Virus record (IMG/VR): IMGVR_UViG_3300009031_000221
Coordinates: 160,001-224,000 of that record
Reading direction: 5' to 3' (one strand)
Length of the DNA: 64,000 bases
Origin: a virus
Lineage: Duplodnaviria > Caudoviricetes
Numbering within the stretch: the stretch's first letter is position 1; each line of letters starts with the position of its first letter. Positions 29,426 through 39,489 of the stretch are shown piece by piece. The position numbers and the translations under genes are program-made. The notes beneath the pieces are model-generated. The model saw nothing but the letters and a program-made list of their open reading frames with translations. It made no database searches and had not been told where the DNA came from.

Positions 29426-30445
29426 CTACCGACACAATTCAAGCAACCGGGCAACTAATCCGGTCCAAGGGTCGATATGGCCATTCAGAACACCGCGTCG
29501 AGATTCCGCAATCACCCGAATCAAATTTATTACATCATCGGGCTTCCATGCACGTACTTCGGGCAACAATGTTTTCTGGCAGAACCAAGGATTCATCCCC
29601 AACTGATTTGCAATATTCTCGGGAGATATCCCTTGGTCTATCAATACAGATAGATGAAGCCACCCTACGGAAGGTTTTTCGCTCTTACCATCGGCCTTGC
29701 GACCTAGGGCGATGGATTCCATGTATCCGCAAAGGCCCATAATCGGATCCTTCACAGATTGATTCACACGGTCTAATGCGGAAGCCATACGCCGACGATT
29801 CCGTGATACCAACGCATCCTTGACACTATCGAAGGACACGTCCCCAATAGCGGACATCACATCCCGCAGTTCCTCTACTCGGATCGCATCCACCCCTCGA
29901 GCATCTGCCAACATGGCAAACTTCTGAATCTCGAAGGCTAGAAACCCATAATCCGTACCACAGCGCTTCACAAGCGTCTGTGCAATATTCTCCGCCATGG
30001 TCTTCTTCAACCGAAGAGCTTCCTGAATGCAGAATTCAGTTGCCATCTTCGGCAGTTCCCACTTCTTGTCCGGGAAGGGATAACCTTTGTGCGCCTTTGG
30101 ACCCAAGCTACCGACAAACTTGCCGAACTTGGTATTCATCTTGGGGTCGTTCTGGATGTCCAGCAACAGCATCACATTGGAAGTCTTGTCATCCCGATGT
30201 TGCTCTAGCATTGCCAAATCCGTTTTCTCGGGATTACGGATTACTACTAGCAAGGGGGTGTCATCAGCAAACATCCCCCCGCCTTGAGTCAAAGCTGCCT
30301 GAACTCCTGTTACATCGTCACCATCCACAGTTTGGATGCGCCAACCATTTTGACGTTGAACATCAATGGTTGAAGCCACCTGACGACGTTGCAAGAATTC
30401 CATTGCCCCGGAAATGGCAAATATGCGGGGCATACTAGCAGCCAT
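29426..30445 (-). CDS. holA: DNA polymerase III delta subunit-like
   Basis: Inactive AAA+ layout, TLVKRCGTDYGFLAFEIQKF, collar helices; context. Confidence 0.75.
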   Translation of the reverse strand: MAASMPRIFAISGAMEFLQRRQVASTIDVQRQNGWRIQTVDGDDVTGVQAALTQGGGMFADDTPLLVVIRNPEKTDLAMLEQHRDDKTSNVMLLLDIQNDPKMNTKFGKFVGSLGPKAHKGYPFPDKKWELPKMATEFCIQEALRLKKTMAENIAQTLVKRCGTDYGFLAFEIQKFAMLADARGVDAIRVEELRDVMSAIGDVSFDSVKDALVSRNRRRMASALDRVNQSVKDPIMGLCGYMESIALGRKADGKSEKPSVGWLHLSVLIDQGISPENIANQLGMNPWFCQKTLLPEVRAWKPDDVINLIRVIAESRRGVLNGHIDPWTGLVARLLELCR

Positions 30446-31053
30446 TAATCCCCCACCAAAGCTACAATGATCTCAGCCATAAAGGGATTCTTCCACAAGG
30501 AAACCTTCCGAAGGCGCTCCCACAAAGCCCGATGATCAGGATTATCAATCGTTGTAGCCAATACTTCTGCCAACGATCCCAATAGCTGAACCTCACGCTT
30601 CTCAAATGCCCGGGCGGTATCTACGATGGTCATGTAGTCCCGCTTTCCCACTGCATCCACAATCTTGAAACTTCCTGCCATCAGGGTTTCATCATCGTCT
30701 ACACCCAAGGCATTGACCCAACGATCCATGCAACGAGACCGAATGGTCATTGTTACCCCGCCTAGATCATTCGCCCACATAATGGGTTGCAAATAATCCC
30801 CACGGAATTCCTCGATAGATTTGAGGAGCACGTCGGATGCCTTGGGGTTGGCCTCATCCATAGGCCCAATGATAATCACCCCCATGAGATCTCCCACGGG
30901 AACCGACATCATCAAGTCCACTATGTGCCTAGCATCATCAACCTTTAGCCCGTCATCCCCAATAGGAGGAGACACAAGTCGCCCTAAGCGAGCAGCCTCA
31001 TCAATAGCTGCTCGCTTAGCTCCGGGTCCATGAAATAGTACACAGGATGACAA
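30445..31053 (-). CDS. holB: DNA polymerase III delta-prime subunit-like
   Basis: LFHGPG, LKVDDARHI, DEANPKASDVLLKSIEE, TIRSRC; probable TTG start at 31053 with GGAGG RBS. Confidence 0.75.
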   Translation of the reverse strand: MSSCVLFHGPGAKRAAIDEAARLGRLVSPPIGDDGLKVDDARHIVDLMMSVPVGDLMGVIIIGPMDEANPKASDVLLKSIEEFRGDYLQPIMWANDLGGVTMTIRSRCMDRWVNALGVDDDETLMAGSFKIVDAVGKRDYMTIVDTARAFEKREVQLLGSLAEVLATTIDNPDHRALWERLRKVSLWKNPFMAEIIVALVGD

Positions 31054-31103
31054 TTGGAACCTCCACAATAGCAAATACCCAAAGCCAGGGATTACCCAGC
31101 CTA

Positions 31104-31319
31104 TTAGGTATTGATGTGGAATGTCCCCTTGCACGTCAGGCAGCGATACCGGACAGCCTTCCCTCCTCCAGTAGGAATGAAGGATCCATCTGAAGAAGAC
31201 GCATTAGCGTTCCTTTCAAATACTACCTCACATTGATTGCCTTCACATTCTTGACCCGAGTCTCCATGACGGGCACGGCACTTAATCCAAACAACTTTCT
31301 TCTGTGGTTGGTCGCTCAT
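31104..31319 (-). CDS. Small zinc-ribbon protein
   Basis: Several Cys ending in CLTC; GGAGG RBS. Confidence 0.65.
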   Translation of the reverse strand: MSDQPQKKVVWIKCRARHGDSGQECEGNQCEVVFERNANASSSDGSFIPTGGGKAVRYRCLTCKGTFHINT

Positions 31320-31340
31320 AGATCCTCCAATTAGCAGGCA

Positions 31341-31814
31341 TCAGCCTTTCGTAATTCTACCCGTAGGAACGTAACCCTGATCCTCTAGCAACATCCCAAT
31401 CGCTACTGTTAGCTTTCCTATTAGGCTGTCGTAATCCCCGTACCCAATACTTGCTACGTTTCCTTGTAGCCTAAGATTGTCCCGTAATGTAGTTTGGATC
31501 TCCACTCCCAGGTCGTAACATTTTCCTGTTAGCTGATTTGGTACCGATCCCGATCCTATTACATAGGGTGCTCTCCCAGGATCTGTCACAGTTAGTATTG
31601 GTATGATTACCCATTGCCAAATGTTCCACTGTATCTTGAATGGGAAATATACCTGATCCCCATCTCTCAATGGTTTCCCAGTAGCCAAACTCACAACCAC
31701 CCATTCTGAAGGTGCTGCTCTTGTTGTCCCAGGAAAATCTGGTATTGCCCGTCTCGCTAATAGGTAAAGACACCCAATAGCCAAATGCTTCGCTTCTTGT
31801 ACAGGATTTCCCAT
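31341..31814 (-). CDS. Hypothetical protein
   Basis: ORF with GAGG RBS and class B motif upstream. Confidence 0.65.
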   Translation of the reverse strand: MGNPVQEAKHLAIGCLYLLARRAIPDFPGTTRAAPSEWVVVSLATGKPLRDGDQVYFPFKIQWNIWQWVIIPILTVTDPGRAPYVIGSGSVPNQLTGKCYDLGVEIQTTLRDNLRLQGNVASIGYGDYDSLIGKLTVAIGMLLEDQGYVPTGRITKG

Positions 31815-31837
31815 GGTATACCTCATCAAGGAAGTAC

Positions 31838-31855
31838 CATAAGGATTCCACCATC
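31838..31855 (-). promoter_or_regulatory. Class B-like motif GATGGT-N7-TTATG
   Basis: 24 nt upstream of the 31814 start. Confidence 0.4.
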
Positions 31856-31924
31856 AAAAAGGCATAGCTCGGCTAAGGCCTAGAGGCCAGAATGGATCGG
31901 ATTTTCGCTTAATTCGATGGTGGC

Positions 31925-32039
31925 TATAATGATGATGACGTAGATAATGAGGATAATGAACAGTAGAAGGATAATGAACAGTGTTTGTATTTGAATCATG
32001 TAGATGTAAATCAATACTACGGGACTCCTACGGAGTCCC
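31925..32039. repeat. AT-rich direct repeats (ATAATGA x4; GGATAATGAACAGT x2) plus 8-bp palindrome
   Basis: 14-mer at 31951 and 31969; GGGACTCC-tac-GGAGTCCC at 32021-32039. Confidence 0.7.
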
Positions 32040-32507
32040 TCTACCTACAAGATCCTCTTATCTAGAGAATCTGTCCCGTAGGAAAAGGGATTGTCCAAAG
32101 AACAGGTATCAGCCTTATTGGGATTCATCAGCCTTCTGAATCTCCGGGCTATACCCTCGCCTCCGTTCTAAGCCAAAGCCTGGAATGAGGAGGAAACCGC
32201 TTCGCGGCCTACCAACCTGAGAGGGAGAAGGTGACTCCCCGCAAGGAAGGTTTTTTGGTTTTCCCCTCGGTAGGGGAAGTATCTAAGTCAGAGGACGCCC
32301 ACATAACTCAATGGTGTTCCTACTTGTTACCAAGCTGCTTACCTTCGAGAAGAACTCCGGGACTGGAATTCTCAACTAGACCTCCGAGTTATGAAACCCA
32401 TCGTTGAACCTCCTAAAAGGATACCGTTGGGAAACAGCGAACCAGAGCGGTAGAAGCACTCGATCCTCGCACAGAGGATCGTGACCTAAACATCGAACCG
32501 GCTGCAT

Positions 32508-32545
32508 AATGGACTTGATCCCTAGTAGGAGTCAAGTCCATTTTG
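32508..32545. terminator. Stem-loop AATGGACTTGA...TCAAGTCCATT downstream of gene 32560
   Basis: 11-bp perfect stem; T-run only on the plus side. Confidence 0.45.
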
Positions 32546-32559
32546 GCAGCGACATCAAA

Positions 32560-33768
32560 TTAACGGCACAATAGAACTGGAATCTGATCGAGAGCCTGAC
32601 GTAGGGTAAACATGGAAGCTACACGGTGGGCTGCAGCGCTAGTCTTACCCATGTCTTCTTCGATGGCTTCGATCGCATCAGGGAGATCTCCCTCAAACCC
32701 TTCGGACTCCATCTTGTAGGCAAGCGCCTGCGATAGAGCCCTATTAGCCTGCAACATAGCGGAAAATTTAGGCCAAGCCTTCTTCCAATGATTGCTATAG
32801 AATGATCCCTTAGCTATATGTGTTAGAAATGCCATGTCGTTGAGATCGGGAATTCTCCCAATCTTGATTCCACGCCTATTGGTTTCCGCATCAAATGATG
32901 CCTCCAATTCCTGCTTCCACTTATCGAATCCTTCGGTATCTCCTGGTAATTCTGGATTCTTCCCTATAATTTCCATTATCCAATTGGATTTAAGGGTGTT
33001 GTAATCAATGTTACTAGTGACGATATCTAGCCATAGGGTCATGGGCTTGGAAATGCTAAATGCTTCACGCATGACTTCTTGGATTTTCCTAGAACCTGGA
33101 TCAGTACCGTGAATCAGGTTGCCTAATAGGAAGTCCGCACTGCTCTGGCTGGGCTTCGTATCCGAGAAGTCGATAACGGCTCCCTCATCATCCGTAGGCA
33201 TTTCGCTTTCAAGCCGAACGCTCTTGTTGTGATCGCTGACTCGACGAATGAACAATGCCCCAAGGGCTCCACGGGCAAGTGCCTCAGGCAATTCGGTTCC
33301 ATCCAGGATTTTGTTACGAAGGTGTTTGCCCATCTCATAGGCAGGTCGAAGGCGTTCCTTTGGTGAATCCGCCTTGAGGGGAACGCCCATGATGGCATTG
33401 TTGAATACGTCTAGCGGCTCAAGTCCCTTGATGAGGGGGTACTTGATGATCGTCCCCTTCAGGATCTTTTCTAGAATGATGAACATCCCCGATGATTCCG
33501 GGCTGAACCATGCCGGATTCACTTTTTGCTCCCGCAAGGTACGGCTTGCCTTGGCGAGTCCAAGTTTGCCTTGCTTCCACCAGGTATCTAGTGGGACGCC
33601 TGCAGCACCCTCTAGAACCTGTGCCCGTAGCATCTGGTCATACAACTGCTTCTCGTTGGCAACGATCCAACGTGCTGCTAGCCGGATTTGAGGTCGTTGT
33701 TCAGGACTTGCGTGTGCAAAGTCATTCCGAAGTTGCTGAAGCGCTAGACGGGCGATCTTGATGTTCAT
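32560..33768 (-). CDS. Hypothetical protein with R-x-A motifs at both ends
   Basis: IRLAARW near the N-terminus, SAAAHRVASMF at the C-terminus. Confidence 0.75.
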   Translation of the reverse strand: MNIKIARLALQQLRNDFAHASPEQRPQIRLAARWIVANEKQLYDQMLRAQVLEGAAGVPLDTWWKQGKLGLAKASRTLREQKVNPAWFSPESSGMFIILEKILKGTIIKYPLIKGLEPLDVFNNAIMGVPLKADSPKERLRPAYEMGKHLRNKILDGTELPEALARGALGALFIRRVSDHNKSVRLESEMPTDDEGAVIDFSDTKPSQSSADFLLGNLIHGTDPGSRKIQEVMREAFSISKPMTLWLDIVTSNIDYNTLKSNWIMEIIGKNPELPGDTEGFDKWKQELEASFDAETNRRGIKIGRIPDLNDMAFLTHIAKGSFYSNHWKKAWPKFSAMLQANRALSQALAYKMESEGFEGDLPDAIEAIEEDMGKTSAAAHRVASMFTLRQALDQIPVLLCR

Positions 33769-33808
33769 GGCATAATCCTGGGCCTACGCAGGCCTATCTG
33801 GGGGATGC

Positions 33809-33826
33809 TATAGGCCCGCAACCGAA
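33809..33826 (-). promoter_or_regulatory. Class B motif TTCGGT-N7-CTATA
   Basis: 41 nt upstream of 33768. Confidence 0.5.
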
Positions 33827-33858
33827 TAGGGAAGGGGGAGCCCGTCGATTTTGAAGGG

Positions 33859-33886
33859 TTGACTTTTGAGCCGGGAATGGTAAAGT
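33859..33886 (+). promoter_or_regulatory. Sigma70-type promoter TTGACT-N16-TAAAGT with extended -10 TG
   Basis: Upstream of the plus-strand sigma gene. Confidence 0.6.
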
Positions 33887-34059
33887 CGTTGCATCATCCA
33901 ACGGAAGGTCGGGGGATGAGATTCTGCCCTACAACCTATACCATCTAGTTTGATTCAACTTTCCTGTGACGGTACCACGCTCAAACGAGCCTTGTTCTTA
34001 CCCGTCACGATCAACGCCAAGACGCGCCCTCTAAGCAGGCTGCGTCCCTGGAGGACAAC

Positions 34060-35196
34060 ATGAGTGCATCCCTTCCCCAGTTGGGGAATTTGACCTTTCG
34101 CGATCCATTGCTTCGCATTCTCGGTATCGCAACCCAACTGACTCCCAACGTTTTCATTCCCTTCAACGATGACTTGATTCACCAAGTCATCGCGGATGCC
34201 GGTTTTGATCTCGACAACCTCGCCCAGTACGGAACCCCGGAACAGGGTTGGAATCTGTCAAATCAGACCAAGCCCGCCAGTTTGGTTCGCCGTGTGGCAT
34301 TGTGCTACCGATTCTCACATAAGATCAACGTCCCCCTTACTGTCGCCGGCGGAACCCGGGGTCAGTGGGCATTGACGGAAGCCGGAGTGGAAGCGGCATT
34401 GGATTTGCTCCTCGAGGATTCCGTTCTGACTGCCCCTCAGGTTGTCCAGGATGCCCCACACGCCCCGATCTTCGTGGAAGCGCCTATCGCCCCGGTCGTG
34501 GTCGCGGAAGCGCCTAAGGCTAAGCGGAAGCCGAATGTCACATCGAACTTCTTGGGTCAACGCATTTCAGAAACGGGCGGGGACAAAGGCACCCTGATGT
34601 CTATCATGCGTCGTGCCGTGATCAAGCACCTGCCCGTATCGCATACGGCTGGAATTGTTGACGATCACATTCAGAACTGTTTCTGCCGGATGATTTCACG
34701 GGACTCTCTGGCAAATCGTTTGGAAGAAGGCGGGGTTATCAGCGATCATGCATTGGCAATGTTTGCGGTTCGGGCTGGATTCACGGACATCCGAGATTCT
34801 GCGACCGACCCGGTATGCCGGGAACTCTATGGCGCCCGTACTGAAAAGGAACGGGACAATGGCGTGGTCCTTCCCCCGTCTACGGACAAGCGGGTGACTT
34901 GGTCTACGGATGAAGGCGAATCCTCCGTATGGTTGACCATTGCGGATGATGCGGCTGGCCCTGAGGACATCGTGACGTTTCAACGGATGTGGGAACGGCT
35001 GGAGAATACCATTCGGGTCAAGAAGCCGCACGTCAGCGAACGCTACATCAACATCCTGCGGATGCGTATCAACGGATGCACGATGAAGGACATTGCCGAA
35101 AAGGAAAATGTGTCCCCTTTCCGTGCCGCTGCACTCATGGCTGAAGTTCGCCGAGTGTTGAAGAGCGCTGTGGACGGGAACAGCTTGGCTATCTAG
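34060..35196 (+). CDS. ECF-like sigma factor with N-terminal Mrr_N-like winged helix
   Basis: FRDPLLRILG...QWALTEAG (Mrr_N-like); VDDHIQNCF...AMFAVRAGFTDIR (region 2); ILRMRINGCTMKDIAEKENVS (region 4). Confidence 0.7.
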   Translation: MSASLPQLGNLTFRDPLLRILGIATQLTPNVFIPFNDDLIHQVIADAGFDLDNLAQYGTPEQGWNLSNQTKPASLVRRVALCYRFSHKINVPLTVAGGTRGQWALTEAGVEAALDLLLEDSVLTAPQVVQDAPHAPIFVEAPIAPVVVAEAPKAKRKPNVTSNFLGQRISETGGDKGTLMSIMRRAVIKHLPVSHTAGIVDDHIQNCFCRMISRDSLANRLEEGGVISDHALAMFAVRAGFTDIRDSATDPVCRELYGARTEKERDNGVVLPPSTDKRVTWSTDEGESSVWLTIADDAAGPEDIVTFQRMWERLENTIRVKKPHVSERYINILRMRINGCTMKDIAEKENVSPFRAAALMAEVRRVLKSAVDGNSLAI

Positions 35197-35552
35197 AGCG
35201 CGTCCCATGCATCTTCAAGATCTTCTTCGGAGGGGACATTAGCTGCCATCTCAGCTACCACCTTCGGATCGAGTACTTGACCTCGCATCACAAATGAATC
35301 TGTCTCCGCCATACCGACCATGTCGAACACGCCCTCATCCGGCACCTTCATGCCGGTATGTGCTAATTGGCGTACGAAGAACAATATGACGTGACGTGCC
35401 TCTGCCATCGTCAACCCATCCCCCAATAGGGAATCCACAAATCTCTGAGTGTTTGCTGCAATGGCCTTTGACCACAACGCTTGGCCCGCAAGTTGGCGAA
35501 CGTAGATTTCCCATTCTTGTAGAGTCTTAGGGTTCATGGTTTTTCCTTCCAC
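35193..35552 (-). CDS. Hypothetical protein
   Basis: 119 aa ORF convergent on the sigma gene. Confidence 0.65.
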   Translation of the reverse strand: MEGKTMNPKTLQEWEIYVRQLAGQALWSKAIAANTQRFVDSLLGDGLTMAEARHVILFFVRQLAHTGMKVPDEGVFDMVGMAETDSFVMRGQVLDPKVVAEMAANVPSEEDLEDAWDAL

Positions 35553-35857
35553 CTAGGGGACTTGGTTCCATTTACTTTGATGGAATCGATATAATCGGCT
35601 CCATCACCATCGAACCCTCCAATAGATTTGGGGTGCCATTTGCCATCTATTAGAGATCCATAGTCGCCATCAGGGTCTACCAATCCACATGAATGCCCTA
35701 CACTCCCACACCATTGGAGATAGGTTAGGATCTTGATAATTCCTTCTGCCCCCTCTCCGCCTTCGCGCACAACTTCGATGGTTGTTGGATTTTTCAGGGT
35801 GCGTCCAGCAATGTGGTGCATCCAGCGCTTTGTGACATTGGCTACTAGATTTTTCAT
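35534..35857 (-). CDS. Hypothetical protein with N-terminal VANVTKRW motif
   Basis: Overlaps the SNF2 stop (ATGA). Confidence 0.6.
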   Translation of the reverse strand: MKNLVANVTKRWMHHIAGRTLKNPTTIEVVREGGEGAEGIIKILTYLQWCGSVGHSCGLVDPDGDYGSLIDGKWHPKSIGGFDGDGADYIDSIKVNGTKSPRWKEKP

Positions 35858-38800
35858 GCCGCTCCTGGAGGAGCCGAACGACCTGAATAGGGGGAAGCGG
35901 CTAACTCAAGCATCTTGCGATCCAACTTCATCACAGATGCCTGTTCTTTGGTCAAGGATGACCACTCCTCTCCTAGTGCAAACCCTTGAGATTCCTTGAT
36001 GATAGCGTCGAACAGATCGGCACTCATTTCCTGGAAGGCCTGACGGATTTGATCCAACGTCGCATCGAATTCGTTCTTGGTTTCCTGATATACGGTATCG
36101 AGAGTGATTTCGGTGACGGGGCTGTCCTGTCCTTGACGCCATGCTCGAGCCGTCCGTTGCTTCATGGACTCCGCATTCCAAGTATCCCGGTCAAGGTGAA
36201 TCACGGTATTGAATGCCTGGAGGTTTTGCCCATACTTGTAGCTATTGCCTAACAAGGTCAAGGATTTGATCCCCGCGTCGGGAGAAATGATCTCCTGAAG
36301 GGCAAACGTCTGCCAGTCCCCGGCAGAATACTTGACGTTATCAGGAGATACGGGCAAGTCCATATATCGACGATAGGACTTCTTGACGAAAGGCAACTTG
36401 ATGCGTTCTAGCCCTTGCTTCTGTGCAATGTAGGCATCCGCTTCCCCTGGTTCACGAAGAATCTTGCGAACGACGTCCTCATCCATGCGAAGAACAACCT
36501 CAGTTAAAGGATTTCCTCCATCGAATATGTGGATTTCATTGTCAAGTGCTAGGGCATGTTTGCCCCCAACCCGTTCTGCCATATGGCTTGCGGACATCCA
36601 ACAGAACTTCTTGTCATCGCTGAATAACAAGGTGCGGCTTCCACCTTTGGAACGTTCAAGTCGCTTCTTGATGATGTCCTCTGCACTTTGGATCTTTGGA
36701 TTCCCTACACGGTCAGCTATAGCCCGTAGAACATCGGGTTGCATTTTGGCTTTCCAGAACGCCAGTATACGGGCAAGCACGGCAGGGACAGGACCGGAAT
36801 CCCCTTTGGCATTAACATATTTCCCTGTCTCGATCATGTTCGCAATACTACGCAATGCCACGTCCGGGTAATTGGATAGATCATTCATCAACTTCATGAC
36901 AGGTGCGAGCTTCGGCGCCGTTAGCATGACCTCCATTTCTTTGGAGGCTTCTGTAGGTTTACCTGAACCAATGTCCCGGTCACGGAAGGACTTGACCATG
37001 GTACCTAGGGCTGCCGCAAATTGCTTTGTCACGCCCCGATATACCTGTTCAACCGATGGATCCATTGTAATGGCTTGTGTGCCATCGCGAAGGGTCTGAA
37101 GAGGTGTTTCTCCTGCAACAATGTCTACATCCTGCTTATCCCCAAAGAACACATTACGGCGGACCCACACTGCCAAGTCTCGCTTCGTATTGGGGTTTTG
37201 CTTCACCCCAAGGATACGCCCGCCAACCGTTTCGCAATAGCGTTCCCGGAATTTCCGCATTTCTTTGTTGTTAGCCTTGGCTATGGGATCATCCCCATTC
37301 AAGGTCTTGTTGTTGCAAACGGCAGCTAGGATATATGCCTCCATCGGATCGGAATCGATAGGTGAGGCAGTCATGCAAATCTTGTGCGGGTGCCATAGCT
37401 GAAGGGCGGGTTCAGCCTTTACGGAAGGCGTTTTACGGCTCTTGGAAAGTAGCTCCTGTGCCTCATCAAAAAACACTGCTACATAAAGGGCAGGATCCCA
37501 AGGGTTTTCCATCCAGAATTCTACACTGGATATTGCTTTCGGGGGTTTGCCTGACTTGACAGCAGTCTTGAATTCCGTGTAAGAAATCCGATCCGTTCGG
37601 GATATAATCGCTCCCGCATCGGAAAGGAATGTTCGCATCTCTTTGGTCAAATTCCCCTTGAGCCCTGAAGGACATACGTACAGGAATCGCCCATTGGTAT
37701 GAATGACAGATCCATCGGGCTTCGTATAGGAAGCATTGTCATCCGCCAAACCATCCCGAATCATTTTCTGCATGGTCGCAATTGCGGTTAGGGTTTTACC
37801 TACCCCGGTATCAAGACCACATACGCCCTTGTTGCCGTTGGCATCAAGCCAAGCTAATGCCTGCTTTTGCTTGGTGCTCAACACAACCGGGCTCATGCCC
37901 CCATCGCGATTCTTACGGGCAGTCTTGAATCCCCCGATGCTATCCGCAGTGTAATAGCCGAGATTGGTTCGTGCCGTGGCCTGTTCTGCGTATGCCAAGT
38001 CCTTGTAATAATCCTGTACCTGTTTGAGGGCTTCCGTAGAAAGCGCCATCCCCTTCAGGGCATCCAGAACAAGTCCGAAATCCTTGGGATCAAAGAAGAA
38101 CCCTGATGCCCGAGTATCCGTCAAGGGAACCCACTCAATGGATGGAACACAACCCTTCTTGGAATACCAAGATTGAGAATTGCAGGACAGGAGCTTCATA
38201 GCATCCCGTAATTCTGCCATTGCTGTCGTATTTGGAATCCGCACATACAAACGATTGGATTGTGTCTTAAGGGTTTCCCCGTCAGGCATTGTGCGAATAT
38301 CGTCCGGGGTTCCTACGGATACGTAGGGTTCACGGTTTCGAGCGTCGATCTTCCTGGGGCATGCCTTGGATTTCCCTTCTACCGGGTCATAGGAATAGGC
38401 AGTGCCTTCTACCATGCGCCCCGTTTCATTGACTACATCGTCAAGTAGACATCCCTTGAAACGCCCGCTGATGATAACCTTGACCGATGTGACGTGAGGA
38501 TTATCACTATCAATAGCCAGGGGTTTACGACGGACAGGGAATATCCGGGTCATTTGACCCTGCTTGGCCTTGTCATCCGTGATGGATACCATTTCTACAG
38601 GCCCAACGAGCCCGTCAACGTCCTCATCCGATAGGGTTCGGATATTTGCTACCGGCAATGTGGAACGATTATGTGCTCGGCTAAGAATCTGATTGGCCTT
38701 GTTGACGGCAGTACGACGGTCAATGAATTCTCGAGGGGTCAGAATGGAACCGTCCAAGTCGTAGACGTGCTTTTCCTGGGTTTCCGGATCAACCCCAAAC

Positions 38801-39474
38801 AGAACCTTACGCCCTGCGAGGAATCCTTCACGAGCCTCTAGCTTGCCGCCATAGGTGATACGGCGTTTGATGGTAGCTGTGATTTCATCTAGTTCCTGAT
38901 TGTGCCGTGTGATGAGGTCATACGCTTCAGGATTCACGTCACGGATCTTTTCAGCCTTTTCTTGCTTCGGACCCATTCGCCTGAAGGTTGCCCACTTCCG
39001 GCGTCCTGTTTGACGGGCATTGATGTAGATCCCCTTATCTCGTGCCGCGGCCTCAATGATGGGGACGAGGATGTTATTGATCTTCATCCAGGTCAGGCTG
39101 TCATCCACGCGCCCGCTAGCCAAACGCCCAAGGAATAGGCTCAAGTCCGTTCGGCTCTCCGCAATCATATTGACAACAAGCGGGGACAAAGGACGGCCAT
39201 CAAAAGGACTTGTTACCTGAACAAGCCTATTTGCCGCCATGATGTACTGCTGCTTGATATCACTAGGGGCGGGTTCGCCAAGTTCAATCCGTTTGAGCAT
39301 TGGATAAAACTCGAAGAATTCCAATCCTCGCTGAGTGAAAGTTCGGCGAAACCGATCCATCAAGGATCGGGGAATCAGATTGTCTGCTACGAGTTCGTCC
39401 CTGTCATCCAGTTCGGGAACAGGGTCATCCTCTGCCGCGAACTTCAACAGAATCTCGGTGGCAACGTCGTGCAT
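35854..39474 (-). CDS. Large SF2/SNF2-type helicase-like protein, possibly virion-packaged
   Basis: LDTGVGKT, FFDEAQ, MTASP, GQNLQ, KQRTARAWRQGQ. Confidence 0.85.
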   Translation of the reverse strand: MHDVATEILLKFAAEDDPVPELDDRDELVADNLIPRSLMDRFRRTFTQRGLEFFEFYPMLKRIELGEPAPSDIKQQYIMAANRLVQVTSPFDGRPLSPLVVNMIAESRTDLSLFLGRLASGRVDDSLTWMKINNILVPIIEAAARDKGIYINARQTGRRKWATFRRMGPKQEKAEKIRDVNPEAYDLITRHNQELDEITATIKRRITYGGKLEAREGFLAGRKVLFGVDPETQEKHVYDLDGSILTPREFIDRRTAVNKANQILSRAHNRSTLPVANIRTLSDEDVDGLVGPVEMVSITDDKAKQGQMTRIFPVRRKPLAIDSDNPHVTSVKVIISGRFKGCLLDDVVNETGRMVEGTAYSYDPVEGKSKACPRKIDARNREPYVSVGTPDDIRTMPDGETLKTQSNRLYVRIPNTTAMAELRDAMKLLSCNSQSWYSKKGCVPSIEWVPLTDTRASGFFFDPKDFGLVLDALKGMALSTEALKQVQDYYKDLAYAEQATARTNLGYYTADSIGGFKTARKNRDGGMSPVVLSTKQKQALAWLDANGNKGVCGLDTGVGKTLTAIATMQKMIRDGLADDNASYTKPDGSVIHTNGRFLYVCPSGLKGNLTKEMRTFLSDAGAIISRTDRISYTEFKTAVKSGKPPKAISSVEFWMENPWDPALYVAVFFDEAQELLSKSRKTPSVKAEPALQLWHPHKICMTASPIDSDPMEAYILAAVCNNKTLNGDDPIAKANNKEMRKFRERYCETVGGRILGVKQNPNTKRDLAVWVRRNVFFGDKQDVDIVAGETPLQTLRDGTQAITMDPSVEQVYRGVTKQFAAALGTMVKSFRDRDIGSGKPTEASKEMEVMLTAPKLAPVMKLMNDLSNYPDVALRSIANMIETGKYVNAKGDSGPVPAVLARILAFWKAKMQPDVLRAIADRVGNPKIQSAEDIIKKRLERSKGGSRTLLFSDDKKFCWMSASHMAERVGGKHALALDNEIHIFDGGNPLTEVVLRMDEDVVRKILREPGEADAYIAQKQGLERIKLPFVKKSYRRYMDLPVSPDNVKYSAGDWQTFALQEIISPDAGIKSLTLLGNSYKYGQNLQAFNTVIHLDRDTWNAESMKQRTARAWRQGQDSPVTEITLDTVYQETKNEFDATLDQIRQAFQEMSADLFDAIIKESQGFALGEEWSSLTKEQASVMKLDRKMLELAASPYSGRSAPPGAA

Positions 39475-39489
39475 AGGTTCCCCTGATTT

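Noticed and set aside
31925-32090. Coding sequence in the repeat region (DDDVDNEDNEQ or SLSSLS frames)
   Set aside because: Stops interrupt these frames within short distances and there is no start or RBS.
33783-33812. Seventh class A promoter (TGCGTAGG on the minus strand)
   Set aside because: No CTTACT at the 12-nt spacing.
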